Below are positions 62,795 through 64,000 of a stretch of 64,000 nt of DNA, piece by piece. Made by a program: the position numbers and the translations under genes. Source of the DNA: an uncultured delta proteobacterium (GTDB lineage: Bacteria > Desulfobacterota > Binatia > Binatales > Binataceae); the NCBI GenBank assembly GCA_963794325.1, contig CAWCDG010000004.1, forward strand, positions 448,001 to 512,000, in the 5' to 3' direction. The notes beneath the pieces are model-generated. The model was not told where the DNA came from, did no database searches, and saw only the letters and a program-made list of their open reading frames with translations. How positions within the stretch are numbered: the first letter of the stretch is position 1; every line of letters starts with the position of its first letter.

Positions 62795-64000
62795 TCAAAA
62801 TCCGAACATATTTCCGGGAACGACTCTTATCAGGTTGCCCGCCACGTGCACCGGCGACGCGCTCTCGGTGATCGTCACCGCTTGCTGCTTTTGCGCGTCG
62901 CTCTTGACCGTCCCATCAAGGTACGCGTCGTGGCCGATCACCTTGACGGTCACCGTGTTCAGTCCGGCGGCATAAAGCTGCGAGGCGATCGCGGCCTGAC
63001 GCGCTGCCCAGTCGGCGGTGTCGGTCTGCAGCGAATCGATTACGTTGCCGACCCCGGGCACCTGGCGCACGAGTTTTTCCGCGTACAGCTTCGCGTCGTT
63101 ATCGAATACCTTACCGAAAATCGTCACGGTGTTGCCGTTGGTATAGCAGTTCACACGCCGGGTTCGCTTGTTCGATGACAATACCTGGAGGACCTGCTGC
63201 TGCAAGGTCAGCGGCGGCGGCTTGGGCGCGCTCGCTACGTGATGACGTCGGGGGCGCGGCGGTGGTGCGGGCGCCGGCGCAGGCGCGACGGCCTCCGCGG
63301 GCGGCGGATTCACGACCGGCGCCGGGGTCGGTGCGCTCACCGCTTCCGACGCGGCCGGCGACTGGGCCGGAGGCGCGCTGGCGTATTCGGGCGATTCGGT
63401 CGGGCTGAGATTGGTCAGCTTCGTGTTCAGTTGCGATTCGAGCGCGTCCTTGGTTGCCGGATCGTTGGTGAAAATAATCGGGTAATCGATCTCAACTTCG
63501 CTGCCGCTGAACGGCGGGTAAGTCCACGACGAAACGTCCTTCACAACTTCCGCGTCGAAGGCAGGATTCGGATTGGTCGATGTCCTTACCGACGCCGCGT
63601 CCACGTTGCCGCTGGGCAACACCCTGACTCGCACCACCATCGCATTGCGCAGCGTGCTGTCACCGGCGAGCGCGTGCGAATAGCTGTCCGTCAGCGGGTC
63701 CTTGTGATCTTCGAAAAATTTGCGCGACCGTATCCCGCTCGCGCTCAGGCGCCGAGGCCGATTCTCCGGTCACTTGCACCGGCATCGCGTTGGCCAGCGC
63801 CACCAGCGGCCCAGTCGGCACAGCCGCTGCCACCGACGCGGCCGCCGACGGCGACGCATTCGCCACCGGCGCTTCCGCGCGCCTGGAGCTTAGATGAAGC
63901 GCGAGCCATGCGCCGCCTCCCAGCGCGACGATCGCCGCGATAAGGTAGCCCAGGACGCCGAACATCCCGGGGCCTTCTTTTTCCTCGCCGTCGCCTTGCG
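62795..64000 (-). CDS. Membrane-anchored protein with TonB-C/AgmX-like domain, Pro-rich linker and two BON domains (5' end beyond window; frameshift near 63725)
   Basis: TM helix VLGYLIAAIVALGGG; after the frameshift Y..AL..D..L...MVVR.RV.P.G.V and W.YP.F; C-terminal V.I.G.V...A....V.GV..V BON pattern. Confidence 0.7.

Overview
This is a GC-rich bacterial chromosomal window that is mostly core genome. It holds the thrS-infC-rpmI-rplT-pheST-ihfA cluster, tRNA-Val(GAC), haem genes (hemD::hemE fusion, hemH, hemY), dinB, leuCD, rho, the rpsB-tsf-pyrH-frr-uppS-cdsA-rseP-tsaB block, ilvNC, psd-pssA, leuA-leuB-asd-like-truA, HU, rarA, family III CoA-transferases and lolC/E. Gene order and content look Deltaproteobacteria-like; Ca. 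Binatota is my inference and is not verified. About ten single-base frameshifts, several in normally essential genes, point to an indel-prone assembly rather than true pseudogenes. The interesting signal is in the intergenic DNA and small accessory inserts. (1) Between rho and rpsB lies a RAYT (HUH Y1 transposase) gene framed by 60-bp inverted GTAG-REP doublets and preceded by truncated REP heads. It is followed by two paralogous small exported proteins with constant ends, a Cys pair and a variable middle, and the whole block is bounded by degenerate inverted motifs. (2) At least four other palindromic repeat families occur, including a ~100-bp three-hairpin element with compensatory base changes and a G-tract hairpin (...GGGGTTAGG) found five times. 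(3) An unannotated Leu-rich leader peptide with attenuator precedes leuA. (4) A recurrent -10-box-then-start-codon pattern suggests many leaderless mRNAs. (5) A globin-like/PAS histidine kinase and an NtrC-type regulator sit divergent from a GH-like/GT2 fusion gene with a sigma54-type promoter. No CRISPR, prophage or rRNA was seen.
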